DNA of 64,000 bases from Candidatus Bathyarchaeia archaeon (GCA_050013255.1 JBEKFP010000001.1:480001-544000); one strand, 5' to 3'. Shown: positions 31,955-42,403, counted from the stretch's first letter. Notes: a model not told the origin generated them from the letters alone. Numbers and translations: made by a program.

Positions 31955-33616
31955 TTGTCTGAAGCCACGGTTCCTGTCCTAATTTTGAGAGAAGGCGCAA
32001 CCCAAACCCGCGGTAGGGACGCGCAGCGCAACAACATTCTAGCGGCGAAGATTATTACTGAAACCATCCGCACCACACTCGGCCCCCAAGGTATGGATAA
32101 GATGCTCGTATCCGGCATGGGTGATGTCGTGATTACAAACGACGGGGCCACAATCATGAAGGAACTGGATATTCAACATCCAGCCGCCAAGATGCTAGTT
32201 GAAGTCGCGAAAAGCCAAGATAACGAGGTTGGCGACGGTACGACTACAGCCGTTGTCCTTGCAGGCGAATTGTTGACGAAGGCGGAGAAGCTTCTGGACC
32301 AAGAGGTTCACCCCACTGTGATCGTCGAAGGGTACAAGAAAGCCTCAGAGAAGGCTTTGGAAATTCTCCGGGACCTTTCTATCGACATTCAACCCAACGA
32401 CGAGAAGATGCTTAAGCTCGTTGCGATGACCTCGATAAGCACCAAAGCCACAGCTGGCACGAGCGAACATCTAGCAACATTGGCCACGCAGGCCGTAAGC
32501 CAAATCACCGAGGTACGGGACGGAAAAACAACGGCTGACATAGACAGAATCAAGGTCTTGAAGAAGAAGGGTGAGAGCATGGAGCAAAGCGAACTCATTA
32601 GGGGTATCGTGGTAGACAAGGAGGTTTCACATCCCCAGATGCCCAAACAGGTGAAAAACGCAAGGATAGCGCTCCTCAACGCGAAGCTTGAGATTGAGAA
32701 GACTGAGTTCGATGCCAAGATTAACATTAACTCGCCCGACCAGATGAAGCGCTTCCTCGACGAAGAAGAATCAATGCTCCGTGGGATGACTGATAAGATT
32801 GGAGCAAGCGGTGCTAACGTGATATTCTGTGAGAAGGGAATTGACGACCTGGCCCTTCATTTTCTCGCAAAGAAGAATATCATAGCTGTGAAGAACATTA
32901 GCAGTAATGATTTGGAGAAGCTGGCAAAGGCTACTGGTGGAACAATCCTTGCGAGCACTAAGGACGTGGCCGCTGACACGCTCGGTGAGGCGAAGCTTGT
33001 GGAGGAAGTTAAGATTGGAGACGATAAACTCGTATACGTTCGCGACTGCAAAGACCCGCGAGCCGTAACTGTCGTTATTAGAGGCGGCTCGGAGCATGTC
33101 GTTGACGAGGCCGAACGCTCGTTCCACGACGCCCTTTGCGTGGTCAGGAACGCAGTAGAAGATCACAAGATCGTTGCTGGCGGCGGCGCACCGGAAGCTG
33201 AGACAGCGAAACAGCTACGGGAATTCGCCGTCAAAGTCGGAGGCCGAGAACAACTCGCCATTGAAGCCTATGCCGAAGCCCTAGAAGCAATTCCACTTAC
33301 AATAGCCGAAAACGCCGGGCTTGACCCCATCGACATAATGGTCGAGCTCAGGTCGAAGCACGCCGAACCTGGCAACAAATGGTACGGCGTCCAAGTAAAG
33401 ACGGGAAAAATCGCCGACATGCTGGCGGATAATGTGATCGAACCACTCAGAGTAAAGCAACAGGTTATCAAATCCGCAACCGAGGCTGCCAGCATGCTCC
33501 TCCGCATCGATGATGTCGTCTCTTCGAAAGGCTCGAAGGAAGGCGGACCGCCTGGCGGAATGCCAGGGGGTATGCCGGGCGGTATGCCTGGCGGAATGCC
33601 ACCAGGCATGATGTAG
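31955..33616 (+). CDS. Thermosome (group II chaperonin) subunit
   Basis: [33 protein letters not shown]-terminal GGMP repeats; TTG start at 31955 (the ORF-track extension upstream is likely spurious). Confidence 0.96.
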   Translation: MSEATVPVLILREGATQTRGRDAQRNNILAAKIITETIRTTLGPQGMDKMLVSGMGDVVITNDGATIMKELDIQHPAAKMLVEVAKSQDNEVGDGTTTAVVLAGELLTKAEKLLDQEVHPTVIVEGYKKASEKALEILRDLSIDIQPNDEKMLKLVAMTSISTKATAGTSEHLATLATQAVSQITEVRDGKTTADIDRIKVLKKKGESMEQSELIRGIVVDKEVSHPQMPKQVKNARIALLNAKLEIEKTEFDAKININSPDQMKRFLDEEESMLRGMTDKIGASGANVIFCEKGIDDLALHFLAKKNIIAVKNISSNDLEKLAKATGGTILASTKDVAADTLGEAKLVEEVKIGDDKLVYVRDCKDPRAVTVVIRGGSEHVVDEAERSFHDALCVVRNAVEDHKIVAGGGAPEAETAKQLREFAVKVGGREQLAIEAYAEALEAIPLTIAENAGLDPIDIMVELRSKHAEPGNKWYGVQVKTGKIADMLADNVIEPLRVKQQVIKSATEAASMLLRIDDVVSSKGSKEGGPPGGMPGGMPGGMPGGMPPGMM

Positions 33617-33703
33617 ACGATTCCAGAACTGCAGGAATCACAGCAGTAGTCTCCATCAACACAAGCAAACCTGACACTAGCCCTAACCTAGCGTCTGAAG
33701 CAC

Positions 33704-34102
33704 GTGGTTAAATTGGCAAAGAAACTGGCGGAGAGAGTCATCAAACTCATCGATGGAAAGAATTTTGCTTACCTCGCAACTCTCCTGCCAGATGGATCCC
33801 CTCACGTTACACCGATGTGGGTTGACCACGAAGGTGATATGCTCCTCATGAACACGGCAATAGGTCGCATTAAACAGAGGAACATCACCAGAGATCCCCG
33901 AGTATCAATAACCATTGTAGATTCGAACAACCCATACGACCGAATCGTCATCCATGGTCGCGTAGTAAGCCAAGCCGAGCAGGGAGCAGACGCACACATC
34001 GACAAGCTAGCAAAGAAATACACAGGCGCGAACAAATATCAGAAGGCTTCACCGACCGAAAAACGCATCATCATCAAAATCGAGCCATTGCGAATTCTCT
34101 GA
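33704..34102 (+). CDS. PPOX-class F420-dependent oxidoreductase
   Basis: LATLLPDGSPHVTPMWVD, K.RNITRDPRVS, HIDKLAKKY. Confidence 0.88.
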   Translation: MVKLAKKLAERVIKLIDGKNFAYLATLLPDGSPHVTPMWVDHEGDMLLMNTAIGRIKQRNITRDPRVSITIVDSNNPYDRIVIHGRVVSQAEQGADAHIDKLAKKYTGANKYQKASPTEKRIIIKIEPLRIL

Positions 34103-34146
34103 GTCAGCTAAGACCATAAGAAACCAGTCAGCATGAAGATGCAACC

Positions 34147-35289
34147 TTGTCTGCATCTGCTGTTTCACAATCTTCCGTCGAGATTCTTCAAAGGCTAACG
34201 GAGTTTCCAACATATGAAGAATCTGGGATGAAAGCATGCTCTGAATTCATTTCAGACCAACTGGACAGGCTCGGTTGCAAGGTCAACGTCGATAAGTTGA
34301 ACAATGTCTACGCTGAAAAAACATTTGATCACGGCGAGGGCGTATTCCTCATCAACAGCCACTTCGACACTGTGCCACCTAACCCCAGATGGATAAGAAA
34401 CCCGCTCCGTGCTTTGTTGGAGGGCGACCGGCTCTATGGCCTTGGAACCTCAGACGACAAAGCTAGTGTCGCCTCGATTCTTTATGCGCTTGGTAGAACT
34501 GAGAATTGCCGATTCAAGAAACTTGAGCTGCTGTTCTCCAATTATGAAGATAACAGCACGATTTTGGATGGTGAGACTTGGCTCGGCACCCAGTACTTCC
34601 TAACCCACAACCATTTGGAATCCACCAGCGGCATTAACGTTGAGGGAACTGTTGAGAACGGGAGGTTCATGGTCTCTGTAGGATGCGGTGGCCGAGTAGG
34701 ATTCAATGTAACCAGCCTTGGAAAGGAGGCTCACTCATCAGACCCAAGGCAGGGACGCAACGCGATCTATGATATGATGAAAGTAATTGAAGCACTCCGC
34801 AAAATGCCATCGGCCAGAATGACCGTGGATGGCCACGAAGCGTACACTGAGCTTAACGTCAGCATGATCAAAGGCGGAATAGCGGTAAACATCGTCCCGG
34901 GAGAATGTGAGATAACGTGTGAACGCCGCGTGCTCCCCAACGAGGATTGGGACACGGTCAAGAAACAAGTCGACCAGACCCTATCGGGGGTGGGCGATGT
35001 CAAATTCAAAATCGAATACAAAAAGCCTCAACGATCCTACATCATAGACCGAACACACCCTGTGGTCACCCTTGCCAAGGAAAGCGTTGCAAAGGTCCTA
35101 GGATACTCGCCGAAGTTCCGGGTTGAATCGGGAAGAACTGACTCCACATATCTTGACCAAATTGCGGGCATAAAGACAGTAATTCTTGGACCCGGTGAAA
35201 CGGCCCACATCGCTGACGAATACGTCAATGTGCGGAGACTGGGGGAATTTAGCCGAGTACTCTACGAGATGTTGTCGAGGAGAAACTAG
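34147..35289 (+). CDS. M20 family metallo-hydrolase (ArgE/DapE-like)
   Basis: NSHFDTVP, LYGLGTSDDK, GKEAHSS.P..G.NAI, AHIADEYV. Confidence 0.88.
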   Translation: MSASAVSQSSVEILQRLTEFPTYEESGMKACSEFISDQLDRLGCKVNVDKLNNVYAEKTFDHGEGVFLINSHFDTVPPNPRWIRNPLRALLEGDRLYGLGTSDDKASVASILYALGRTENCRFKKLELLFSNYEDNSTILDGETWLGTQYFLTHNHLESTSGINVEGTVENGRFMVSVGCGGRVGFNVTSLGKEAHSSDPRQGRNAIYDMMKVIEALRKMPSARMTVDGHEAYTELNVSMIKGGIAVNIVPGECEITCERRVLPNEDWDTVKKQVDQTLSGVGDVKFKIEYKKPQRSYIIDRTHPVVTLAKESVAKVLGYSPKFRVESGRTDSTYLDQIAGIKTVILGPGETAHIADEYVNVRRLGEFSRVLYEMLSRRN

Positions 35290-35295
35290 TTCGCC

Positions 35296-35748
35296 CTAGC
35301 AGTAGTTCCGCTCCGAATCATCCTGAATCTTCGCTTGCAAATTCGATGAGTACAGTGTTGGGTTACCTTTTACGCATAGGAATACGAACGGTTCGTCCGA
35401 TTCATTACTGAACTGGTGAACCGCTCTTGACGGAATGAAAATTGTATCGCCTGGCTTCAGTGCCTTTAACGTGTGAGTCTCTTTCGAATGTCTCAGCAGG
35501 CCCCTGCCGCTTAAGACGTATACGTGATGTTCGTATGCGTGTTCATCTAGCGGCGTGTGACCGCCTTTTTCGAGTGTATACAATCTAAGTGCGAAGCGAT
35601 CCGACCCATGCCGTTCGTCGATCAAGTACCTTACTGTTACTTTCTCCGCGCCGTTTTTCGCTAAGTCCTCAACCGGGACAGCCGAGGCGTTCACGATGAA
35701 AATGTTCTGTTTTGTGGAGGTTTCTTGAACCATTCTGATTTCGCCCAT
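35296..35748 (-). CDS. Cupin domain protein
   Basis: GGHTPLDEHAYEHHVYVLSG, PGDTIFIPSRAVHQF. Confidence 0.88.
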   Translation of the reverse strand: MGEIRMVQETSTKQNIFIVNASAVPVEDLAKNGAEKVTVRYLIDERHGSDRFALRLYTLEKGGHTPLDEHAYEHHVYVLSGRGLLRHSKETHTLKALKPGDTIFIPSRAVHQFSNESDEPFVFLCVKGNPTLYSSNLQAKIQDDSERNYC

Positions 35749-35887
35749 TTGGCAAATCCCTTCTCGCGCGTGTTGTCAGTTTGTATTTAGGTTTGTGCAC
35801 CTAACTCGTATGGAGCTGATGGACGAAGGGAAGGCTTACTAGGAATCAGGTTGCTCTCTCGAATAGCTACAATCTGAGAGACCAGCT

Positions 35888-36067
35888 ATGTCGGCCGCTA
35901 ATGATTCTGAAAAGGGAAAGTGGCGATTATCGCATGTGAGCGTTTATACTGATAATGTCTGTGAAACCTTTACCGACGATAAAGGCAAGGCCCACTACAG
36001 GTGGCTCTACCCTGATGGAAAAATGGAATATATTTGCGCCTGCCACCGCTTCTTAAACAAGGTATAG
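35888..36067 (+). CDS. Small hypothetical protein (59 aa), not in the ORF track
   Basis: MSAANDSEKGKWRLSHVSVYTDNVCETFTDDKGKAHYRWLYPDGKMEYICACHRFLNKV fills an otherwise empty gap. Confidence 0.45.
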   Translation: MSAANDSEKGKWRLSHVSVYTDNVCETFTDDKGKAHYRWLYPDGKMEYICACHRFLNKV

Positions 36068-36296
36068 CAGCAAGCCGCTCGGGCCACAGCTTTCGAGAGG
36101 GATGATTCAGCTTGGCTTTCTGCTCGATTTCACTCGTTTTCTGAATCGTTGCTTTCTCTTCTGTCGCTGGCGTATTCTGAAACCAGTTTTCCCCAACCTG
36201 TGTGGCACAACAACACTTCCCGTATTCTTCTATCTGTGAGCGAGAGCAATCGCTATATGGTTTGTGTACGTCCCACATTCAAACGGAGTAGTCAAC

Positions 36297-36680
36297 TTGT
36301 CGGTTGATGAACTTTCGGGCAAAGGTTCAGCTGCGTGCCAAGAAGCATTTGCATACCTTAGAGAGCAAATGAAATCGGATCAAAACATTACTGAGAGCGT
36401 CGAATACGAACCGCTCAAGGATGCCGAGGCGCCAAGCTACAATGTTAGAGACACCCCGAGGCTGCGAGCCTTCTTCGGCGAGAAACTTGAGCTCTTCCTC
36501 TTCATACCGGAAAAATCTGTGGCCGGAATCAAAGCCGATACTTCTGTCCCCGAGGCTCTTAGGACATGGGTTGACAAAGCGCAGCTTGGTGGGATGAGCC
36601 GCCTTCTTAGAGTTCAACTTGCAACGAAAAAAGACGTTGAAGTCCTGATGCCCCTCATTAAGGCGGTAACACGCCAGTAA
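36297..36680 (+). CDS. Hypothetical protein
   Basis: GGAG upstream of a TTG start; globular composition. Confidence 0.6.
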   Translation: MSVDELSGKGSAACQEAFAYLREQMKSDQNITESVEYEPLKDAEAPSYNVRDTPRLRAFFGEKLELFLFIPEKSVAGIKADTSVPEALRTWVDKAQLGGMSRLLRVQLATKKDVEVLMPLIKAVTRQ

Positions 36681-36693
36681 GAGAGATACCGCT

Positions 36694-37179
36694 TCAAGCC
36701 GTTGCGTTATACATACGAATGAACTCTGTGTCGACTACTCCTGAGACCACTTTTTCGGCCCCATCTGGTAGAACGACGCTTAAGCCGGCTGCATGGTAGG
36801 GTAATTCGAACCTCTCTAACTTGCCCGCATCATCTGTTTCGTAAACCTTTATCCACTTTCCGTCTTCTTGACGAAAGCAATAGAGCTTCTCGACCTTTCT
36901 CTCCCCGATTCCTCCTATCCGACCGCCCGCCGCGCCCGGAGCACTGGTTGGTAACTGGAGAACGTAGACGCAGTTCCTTCCTTGATTCTCGCGTAGGTCA
37001 ATGTTTGATTCGGCAACAAAGATCCGCCTGCTCTTTTCGCTCGCTAACTGCGTCAATTCCTCGAGAGGAGTCAGAGCTATCGCCCTTTCGGAGAGGAGTT
37101 TAGAAGGATTGCTAGGTAGAAATCTTAGTTCGCAGAACCGCAGGCGACTTGGCTGCGCTTTGAAGAACTCGTAGGGCAC
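36694..37179 (-). CDS. Hypothetical protein (true start probably near 37075)
   Basis: Open frame with a Gly-rich GAAGGRIGGIG motif, directly downstream of the OB-fold gene. Confidence 0.6.
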   Translation of the reverse strand: MPYEFFKAQPSRLRFCELRFLPSNPSKLLSERAIALTPLEELTQLASEKSRRIFVAESNIDLRENQGRNCVYVLQLPTSAPGAAGGRIGGIGERKVEKLYCFRQEDGKWIKVYETDDAGKLERFELPYHAAGLSVVLPDGAEKVVSGVVDTEFIRMYNATA

Positions 37180-37786
37180 CCGTCTTCCTGTTCAGGGAGA
37201 GCTGTTTCTCACCCCTGAAGCTGCCAACCCTTGCGTCTTGGACTTCGACTAAATCTCCCTCGGAAATCGTTGGGATTTGGTTGTTCCATACGGCTAGGGG
37301 AATTTCCCCTGTGCCGTCAGAGAGCGTGACGGAGCACACTAAGAGAGGGTTTCCGTCCTTGGAGGTCACCGCTCTGACCTCCGATTTCTTGACAACTTGT
37401 GCTCTGAAGGAGACCCCTCGTGTTCCAAACTTTAGGCCGCTGATCTGCCTTTCGCCACGCGAGTTGACTTGGTGGGAATCGTCATGGTTTTCCTGATCAA
37501 AGCCAGATAATTCTTCGGGCAAACGCTTGAGCTTGCTGATGGAATCATTTGGAATCTTTGCTTGTGCTAGCGGCTTACCCTCAACGGAGAACATGTAAGT
37601 TGAAGATTGCTCCTCTCGGTTCCTGAGCTCGATGGAAAACTTCCCACAGCGTGAGTTTCCACGTTCACGTGCGGATACCATGGCTGTGTACAGTACGGGG
37701 GTCGTGAGGTTATGTTTCCTTGCCAGTTGCAGTAAGTAGACTAGGTCTCTATCTAGGCCACGCGTCTTTGGTAGGTTCCTTAGCAC
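37112..37786 (-). CDS. OB-fold (SSB/RPA-like) protein with an extra N-terminal domain
   Basis: C-terminal LSDGTGEIPLAVWNNQI..ISEGDLVEV..ARV..FRGEKQL. Confidence 0.8.
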   Translation of the reverse strand: MLRNLPKTRGLDRDLVYLLQLARKHNLTTPVLYTAMVSARERGNSRCGKFSIELRNREEQSSTYMFSVEGKPLAQAKIPNDSISKLKRLPEELSGFDQENHDDSHQVNSRGERQISGLKFGTRGVSFRAQVVKKSEVRAVTSKDGNPLLVCSVTLSDGTGEIPLAVWNNQIPTISEGDLVEVQDARVGSFRGEKQLSLNRKTGALRVLQSAAKSPAVLRTKIST

Positions 37787-37906
37787 GATTATGATTGTTC
37801 AACTCGTAGACAGTATGGCGGCATAGGTTATAAATCGCCCGAAAAAGAGACCTGAATTTGGCGCTTTCAATGGCCCCTGCTCGATGAAAGGGGGCCTAAT
37901 TTGCGC

Positions 37907-38290
37907 TTACTTTGTGAAGTCTCTTTTGTCGACATAAACGTTTACGGTCTTTATGTAGGACGGGGCGTTCGACCCTGTTCCGGCAAGGGTGAATTGACTA
38001 TCCACTTGGAACTTGAAGTGCGCACCTTTGTTCTCGGCCGCGTAAGACAATGAGATTTCGCCGGGCCGACCTAGTTTGCTGCCTTCATGCCGGATGGTTA
38101 TGTTTCTGTCCCGTCCGGCAAACCAGGACTCAATTTCCTTGCGCATAGTGGGTTCGATAGCGTCGAATGGCATCCCCTTGTGTTCTTTTGCGAATTTGTC
38201 GGTAAGTGCTTTTCTGCACTCTCGGCTCAGCGTGGTCATGTAGACGAATGCTTTCTCAACGAGTGCTCGACCGGATGGTGTATCCGTCAT
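37907..38290 (-). CDS. Hypothetical protein
   Basis: 127 aa, GAGGT upstream, co-oriented with the SRPBCC gene. Confidence 0.65.
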   Translation of the reverse strand: MTDTPSGRALVEKAFVYMTTLSRECRKALTDKFAKEHKGMPFDAIEPTMRKEIESWFAGRDRNITIRHEGSKLGRPGEISLSYAAENKGAHFKFQVDSQFTLAGTGSNAPSYIKTVNVYVDKRDFTK

Positions 38291-38304
38291 ATCACATGAC
38301 CTCT

Positions 38305-38718
38305 CTAGCGTGCCTTCCTCTTCTGGAAGTATCGCCTTAATGGGTCCCAGTATGCTTCAACCCAGCCTTGCCGGTAGTTTCTGGCTTGGCTGGCCGGTAC
38401 GTTTGATTGGACCATGGTCACCTGTGTCCCGCCTTTCTTTTGTTTGAGTGATAGATTGAGGATTGATGGTGAATAGCCTTCCGGCCATTCCGTGGTCTTC
38501 CATTGTTGAACAATCAGTTTGGCCTTTTTCAATTTGAGATTCTTTCCAGTAATGTATCCGTCCCATGCAGTGAACCTTCCGCCAACCCTAGGGTTGGACG
38601 TTGCCTTCGAACCCGTAAACGCTGTGTGTATCTTCGCTTTCATGAACGCGCCATAGACTTCAGCCGGCTTAGCGGGGATGAATTTCGTCTGCCTTAATGT
38701 GGTAACCTTCATGTCCAC
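38305..38718 (-). CDS. SRPBCC/AHA1-domain protein
   Basis: VGGRFTAWDGYITG, IVQQWKTTEWPEG, GW..YWDPL. Confidence 0.88.
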   Translation of the reverse strand: MDMKVTTLRQTKFIPAKPAEVYGAFMKAKIHTAFTGSKATSNPRVGGRFTAWDGYITGKNLKLKKAKLIVQQWKTTEWPEGYSPSILNLSLKQKKGGTQVTMVQSNVPASQARNYRQGWVEAYWDPLRRYFQKRKAR

Positions 38719-38772
38719 TTCAATTCACTTTAGAACTGTTTGAGAGAACTGATTAAAGTATTTGGAAAACAC

Positions 38773-39003
38773 ATGTGGAATAAGGCTGGCATCGTGTTGA
38801 GACCTTCAATCCGTTACGTGATCGCGGTTTTGGCATCTTCCGCGGGTGCGGTGGCATCTCTTACGTTGGGTGTGTTTGGTTGAAAATACGCTGTAGATCA
38901 CGGCATAGCCAACGGTTACGTAACGGCCGTCACCATTTCCGTGATCGGCGTAGTCCATATTCCAGCATACAAAGTGAAGAAACTACTGGTAGATTACTGG
39001 TAG
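38773..39003 (+). pseudogene. Small two-TM ORF interrupted by TGA at 38881-38883
   Basis: MWNKAGIVLRPSIRYVIAVLASSAGAVASLTLGVFG*KYAVDHGIANGYVTAVTISVIGVVHIPAYKVKKLLVDYW*. Confidence 0.4.
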
Positions 39004-39234
39004 CAACCTAACCCTCATTGATATTCGCAGCAAGTTCCATTCTTTACCAAAATCGGGTTCGCCAAGATTGATGCGTTTTCTTCTCTGAGCATTCTCGGTT
39101 CACGGGCCTGCATGATGCATGCAAGTAGTGAGTCAAGAGTGTTGAATATTCGGCACGTTGACTGACATGCGCCCCTTCCCGCTTGATTATGCTTAAGTTC
39201 CGGGAGGGCAGCCCGTCCTGTTTGGCGATGTAAT

Positions 39235-39405
39235 ATGTGTCAATGCGGGCAATGCTACCACCCGTACTACTATTGGCGATTCTACGGGCCACTTCACGCG
39301 TACCCTGGGAATGCCTACGCCTTCCCATACTATGGCGCGTCCCCAAGATGCAGCGGCGGAATCGTAGCATCAGGGATCTATTTTCACTTGCCAATTGGGC
39401 CCTAG
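39235..39405 (+). CDS. Small Tyr/Gly/Pro-rich peptide (56 aa) with an N-terminal CxCxxC
   Basis: MCQCGQCYHPYYYWRFYGPLHAYPGNAYAFPYYGASPRCSGGIVASGIYFHLPIGP. Confidence 0.45.
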   Translation: MCQCGQCYHPYYYWRFYGPLHAYPGNAYAFPYYGASPRCSGGIVASGIYFHLPIGP

Positions 39406-39504
39406 ACTGCGTAGCTTTTCCATCTTCCGTTCAGAGCCTTTTGTTCATGGGATTCTGATTCCGTGCGAGAGCCGTCGCGATGTGTGGCCTAGTGTTGCTC
39501 GCGG

Positions 39505-40623
39505 TTACTTCACTATCGTGACTATATCGCGATCCTGGACAACATGATCCATGCCAACCCGTTGAGGACTGAACCTTACACTTGCCCCTGAAACCAGAGC
39601 ATACTTTGCTTCCCCTTCAAATTTCCTGTGAATTTTCTGACAGACATCGGAAACGGTGGAACCGGCGGTCATTATCAGGGGCTGCTCAAAATCCGGTGAA
39701 CTGTTTCGCGGTTTAAGGTAGATTTTGATTAATCTCATCCGGTCAAAGATAGCTGCCTTGAGTTTTTCGATGTTTATGTTTTGATCTGCAGATATTGGGA
39801 CCAGGTCTTCGCCTATCCGTTTTTTGGCTTCAACCACGTATTTGGGGCTGACCAAGTCGATCTTGTTCAATACACTCACCGACGGAAGATATCGACGATT
39901 TCCAGTCACTACGTCGATGAGTTGGTCATCGGTTATGTCTTCCCTGATGATGACGTTGGCCTGGTTGATTTTGTATATGTTCAGTATTGCTCGCGCAGTT
40001 GACTCAGTTAAGTGGGTTAGATTGCAGGCCGTCGTTATGCCGAGCCCGCCTTGAGAGGATTTGTTGATGGTCACATTTGGAGGTTGAGTGTTGAGCCGGA
40101 TTCCCATCTCATACAGCTCCTTTCTTAGAACGCTGATCTGGTCGGGTTGGAATACATCCAAAACTAAGAGGATTAGGTCGGCGTTTTTTGCAACGGATAG
40201 CACCCTCTTGCCCCTACCAGTTCCAGATGCAGCACCCGAGATGATACCTGGCAGATCGAGGATTTGTATCTTGGCGCCTTGGTATTCTAGCAGGCCAGGG
40301 ACAACGGTTAGGGTAGTGAAGGCGTACGGGGCGACTTTTGATTTGGCGTTCGTGAGCCTGTTGAGGATGGTGGACTTTCCAACACTCGGTAGACCGATGA
40401 GAACGACGGTGAAGTCGCCGCCTTTTCTTAACTCGAAACCCACTCCTCCCTGCCTGGACCCCTGAGCACGTTCTTGTTCGACTTTGAGCTTCGCGAGCTT
40501 CGCTTTGAGCAGACCAATATGGTGTTCAGTGTGCTTGTGAACCTGTGTTCTTTTCATCTCTTCTTCTATTGCGCGAATTTTCTCTGGCACTCCCAAGATA
40601 GTCTGCTCCAAACCCGAGGGCAT
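39505..40623 (-). CDS. DRG/Rbg-family GTPase with TGS domain
   Basis: TEHHIGLLKAKLAKL, GLPSVGKST, YAFTT, DLPGII, NKID, QRVGMDHV. Confidence 0.94.
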   Translation of the reverse strand: MPSGLEQTILGVPEKIRAIEEEMKRTQVHKHTEHHIGLLKAKLAKLKVEQERAQGSRQGGVGFELRKGGDFTVVLIGLPSVGKSTILNRLTNAKSKVAPYAFTTLTVVPGLLEYQGAKIQILDLPGIISGAASGTGRGKRVLSVAKNADLILLVLDVFQPDQISVLRKELYEMGIRLNTQPPNVTINKSSQGGLGITTACNLTHLTESTARAILNIYKINQANVIIREDITDDQLIDVVTGNRRYLPSVSVLNKIDLVSPKYVVEAKKRIGEDLVPISADQNINIEKLKAAIFDRMRLIKIYLKPRNSSPDFEQPLIMTAGSTVSDVCQKIHRKFEGEAKYALVSGASVRFSPQRVGMDHVVQDRDIVTIVK

Positions 40624-40666
40624 AGCCGAATAAGCAATAAACCGAACGGTGCAGCCTTAGGTTACA

Positions 40667-41719
40667 ATGACTCAATCGATGGTTGCCGCTAGGCTACATA
40701 CAATCGGTGAAAGGCTGAGTATAGACCGCGTAAGCGTACCTGACATAGCCCCCGATGAGGTTCTAGTCGATGTTAGGGCAAGCGGAATCTGCCACTCTGA
40801 CATTAACTACCGAAACGGGATTGCCCCCGTAGGCAAGCTGCCGATAACCCTTGGGCATGAGATTTCGGGTATCATAGAGAGGACGGGGGCGAAGGTGAAG
40901 GAGTTCCGCCCTGGGGACAGAGTTTTGGTGCATTACATCGTTAGTTGTGGAAGATGCGTTTACTGTAAGACTGGGCGTGAGAATTACTGCGCAGGCTATC
41001 GAATGATTGGGAAGGACGTTGATGGCGGTTTCGCCGAGTACGTGAAAGTTCCAGCTAGAAGCATTCTGAAAATTCCTAGAGGGTTTCCGTTTGAGCAAGC
41101 TGCGATAATGGGTTGTGCCGTCCCAACCGCCTACCACGCCCTCAGGCGAGGGAGGGTGAAACAGGGCGATACGGTGGTACTTTTCGGGGTTGGCGGCCTT
41201 GGCTTACATGCTGTTCAACTAGCTGCTAAGGCCTTCAGGGCTGGACTGATTATCGCCGTGGACATTCAAGATTGGAAGCTGAAGCAGGCGAGAAGCTTTG
41301 GGGCAAAGGAAACCGTAAACGCCGCGAACCAGGATGTCAATGAGGCAATCAAGAAGGCAACGGACGGGAAATTTGCCGATGTTGTGGTGGACTTTGTCGG
41401 CCATGAAACCACAGTTGAACAGGCGATCTCCTCTGTTGGGAAGGGCGGCAGAATGGTATTGGTAGGCATAGGAGCCAAATCAATCCAACTCTCTCCCTAC
41501 GAAACCATAATTGGTAAAGAGATGGAGATCGTGGGAGTAGATGACCACCTGAAAACGGAACTGATACAACTGGTCAAACTTGTACGAAATGGAAGAATAC
41601 ACCTTTCGCATTCAGTCACCCACAAGGTTTCGCTCGCGGACATTAACAGCGGCTTTGAAATTCTTGAATCTAACCGCGAAAACGTCATTAGAATCGTGGC
41701 AGCGAAGAAACAAACTTGA
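40667..41719 (+). CDS. Zinc-dependent alcohol dehydrogenase (MDR family)
   Basis: GICHSD, GHE, CxxCxxC...C, GVGGLG. Confidence 0.92.
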   Translation: MTQSMVAARLHTIGERLSIDRVSVPDIAPDEVLVDVRASGICHSDINYRNGIAPVGKLPITLGHEISGIIERTGAKVKEFRPGDRVLVHYIVSCGRCVYCKTGRENYCAGYRMIGKDVDGGFAEYVKVPARSILKIPRGFPFEQAAIMGCAVPTAYHALRRGRVKQGDTVVLFGVGGLGLHAVQLAAKAFRAGLIIAVDIQDWKLKQARSFGAKETVNAANQDVNEAIKKATDGKFADVVVDFVGHETTVEQAISSVGKGGRMVLVGIGAKSIQLSPYETIIGKEMEIVGVDDHLKTELIQLVKLVRNGRIHLSHSVTHKVSLADINSGFEILESNRENVIRIVAAKKQT

Positions 41720-41732
41720 GTCGCTTACGGGC

Positions 41733-42137
41733 CTAGCTAGTTCTTTGGATTGATCCCCATTCTGTCTCTACGTGTCTAGATATTTCAGCGTCTCTCGTAA
41801 TTACGGCTGCCCTCATCTCCTTAGCGAGAGCGACGATTAAGGAGTCGAAGTAGGTTAGTCCTTTTGCTCTCATTTCCGCAGCCGTCAAGTGGGCGGATGG
41901 AGTTGTGGCCGCAACTCTACGACCTAGCAACGGTGCAAGCGCGGTCCAAGTTTCCGCAATCTCGCTTTCCTTGTACTCACTGTTTCGCATAACCAGATCA
42001 AATTCGGTCAGAGTCGAAGTGGGCACATAGGTCTCTTCCGCTGATTGAAGCGTTGTCAGGTAGGACATTCCCGTTTTGTGATATTTGTTAGCGGGATTCA
42101 TTGCACTAACAAGAACGATCGTATCGAGGAGTTTCAC
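41733..42137 (-). CDS. vapC: VapC-like PIN toxin
   Basis: LLDT...E...LTYFDSLIVALA...ITRD; GTGA overlap with the antitoxin stop. Confidence 0.88.
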   Translation of the reverse strand: MKLLDTIVLVSAMNPANKYHKTGMSYLTTLQSAEETYVPTSTLTEFDLVMRNSEYKESEIAETWTALAPLLGRRVAATTPSAHLTAAEMRAKGLTYFDSLIVALAKEMRAAVITRDAEISRHVETEWGSIQRTS

Positions 42138-42388
42138 GAAAGATTTTCCTCGCGGGCTAGTCTCTGGGCTAGCTTGTCTTCCTCGTGCCTCCGTTCTCTC
42201 CATGAATTCAGTTTCTTACGACCAATCTGTTGCGCTTTCCTCAGCTTGGCTTCTGCGGATTGCAGGCCGATCTTTCCAACTCCCTCAACCGTGACTAACA
42301 ATTCGCCTGGTGCGGATATTCCACTCTGCTCCCTGATTTCTTTGGGGATTACCAGACGTCCCTTGGCGTCGATCTCAACCGTTTTCAT
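42134..42388 (-). CDS. vapB: AbrB/MazE/SpoVT-family antitoxin
   Basis: VEIDAKGRLVIPKEIREQSGI..PG. Confidence 0.88.
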   Translation of the reverse strand: MKTVEIDAKGRLVIPKEIREQSGISAPGELLVTVEGVGKIGLQSAEAKLRKAQQIGRKKLNSWRERRHEEDKLAQRLAREENLS

Positions 42389-42403
42389 AGCGATGTCCGT
42401 ATG

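Noticed and set aside
33541-33613. 12-bp-period repeat at the thermosome 3' end
   Set aside because: It encodes the usual GGMP chaperonin tail and is not an array.
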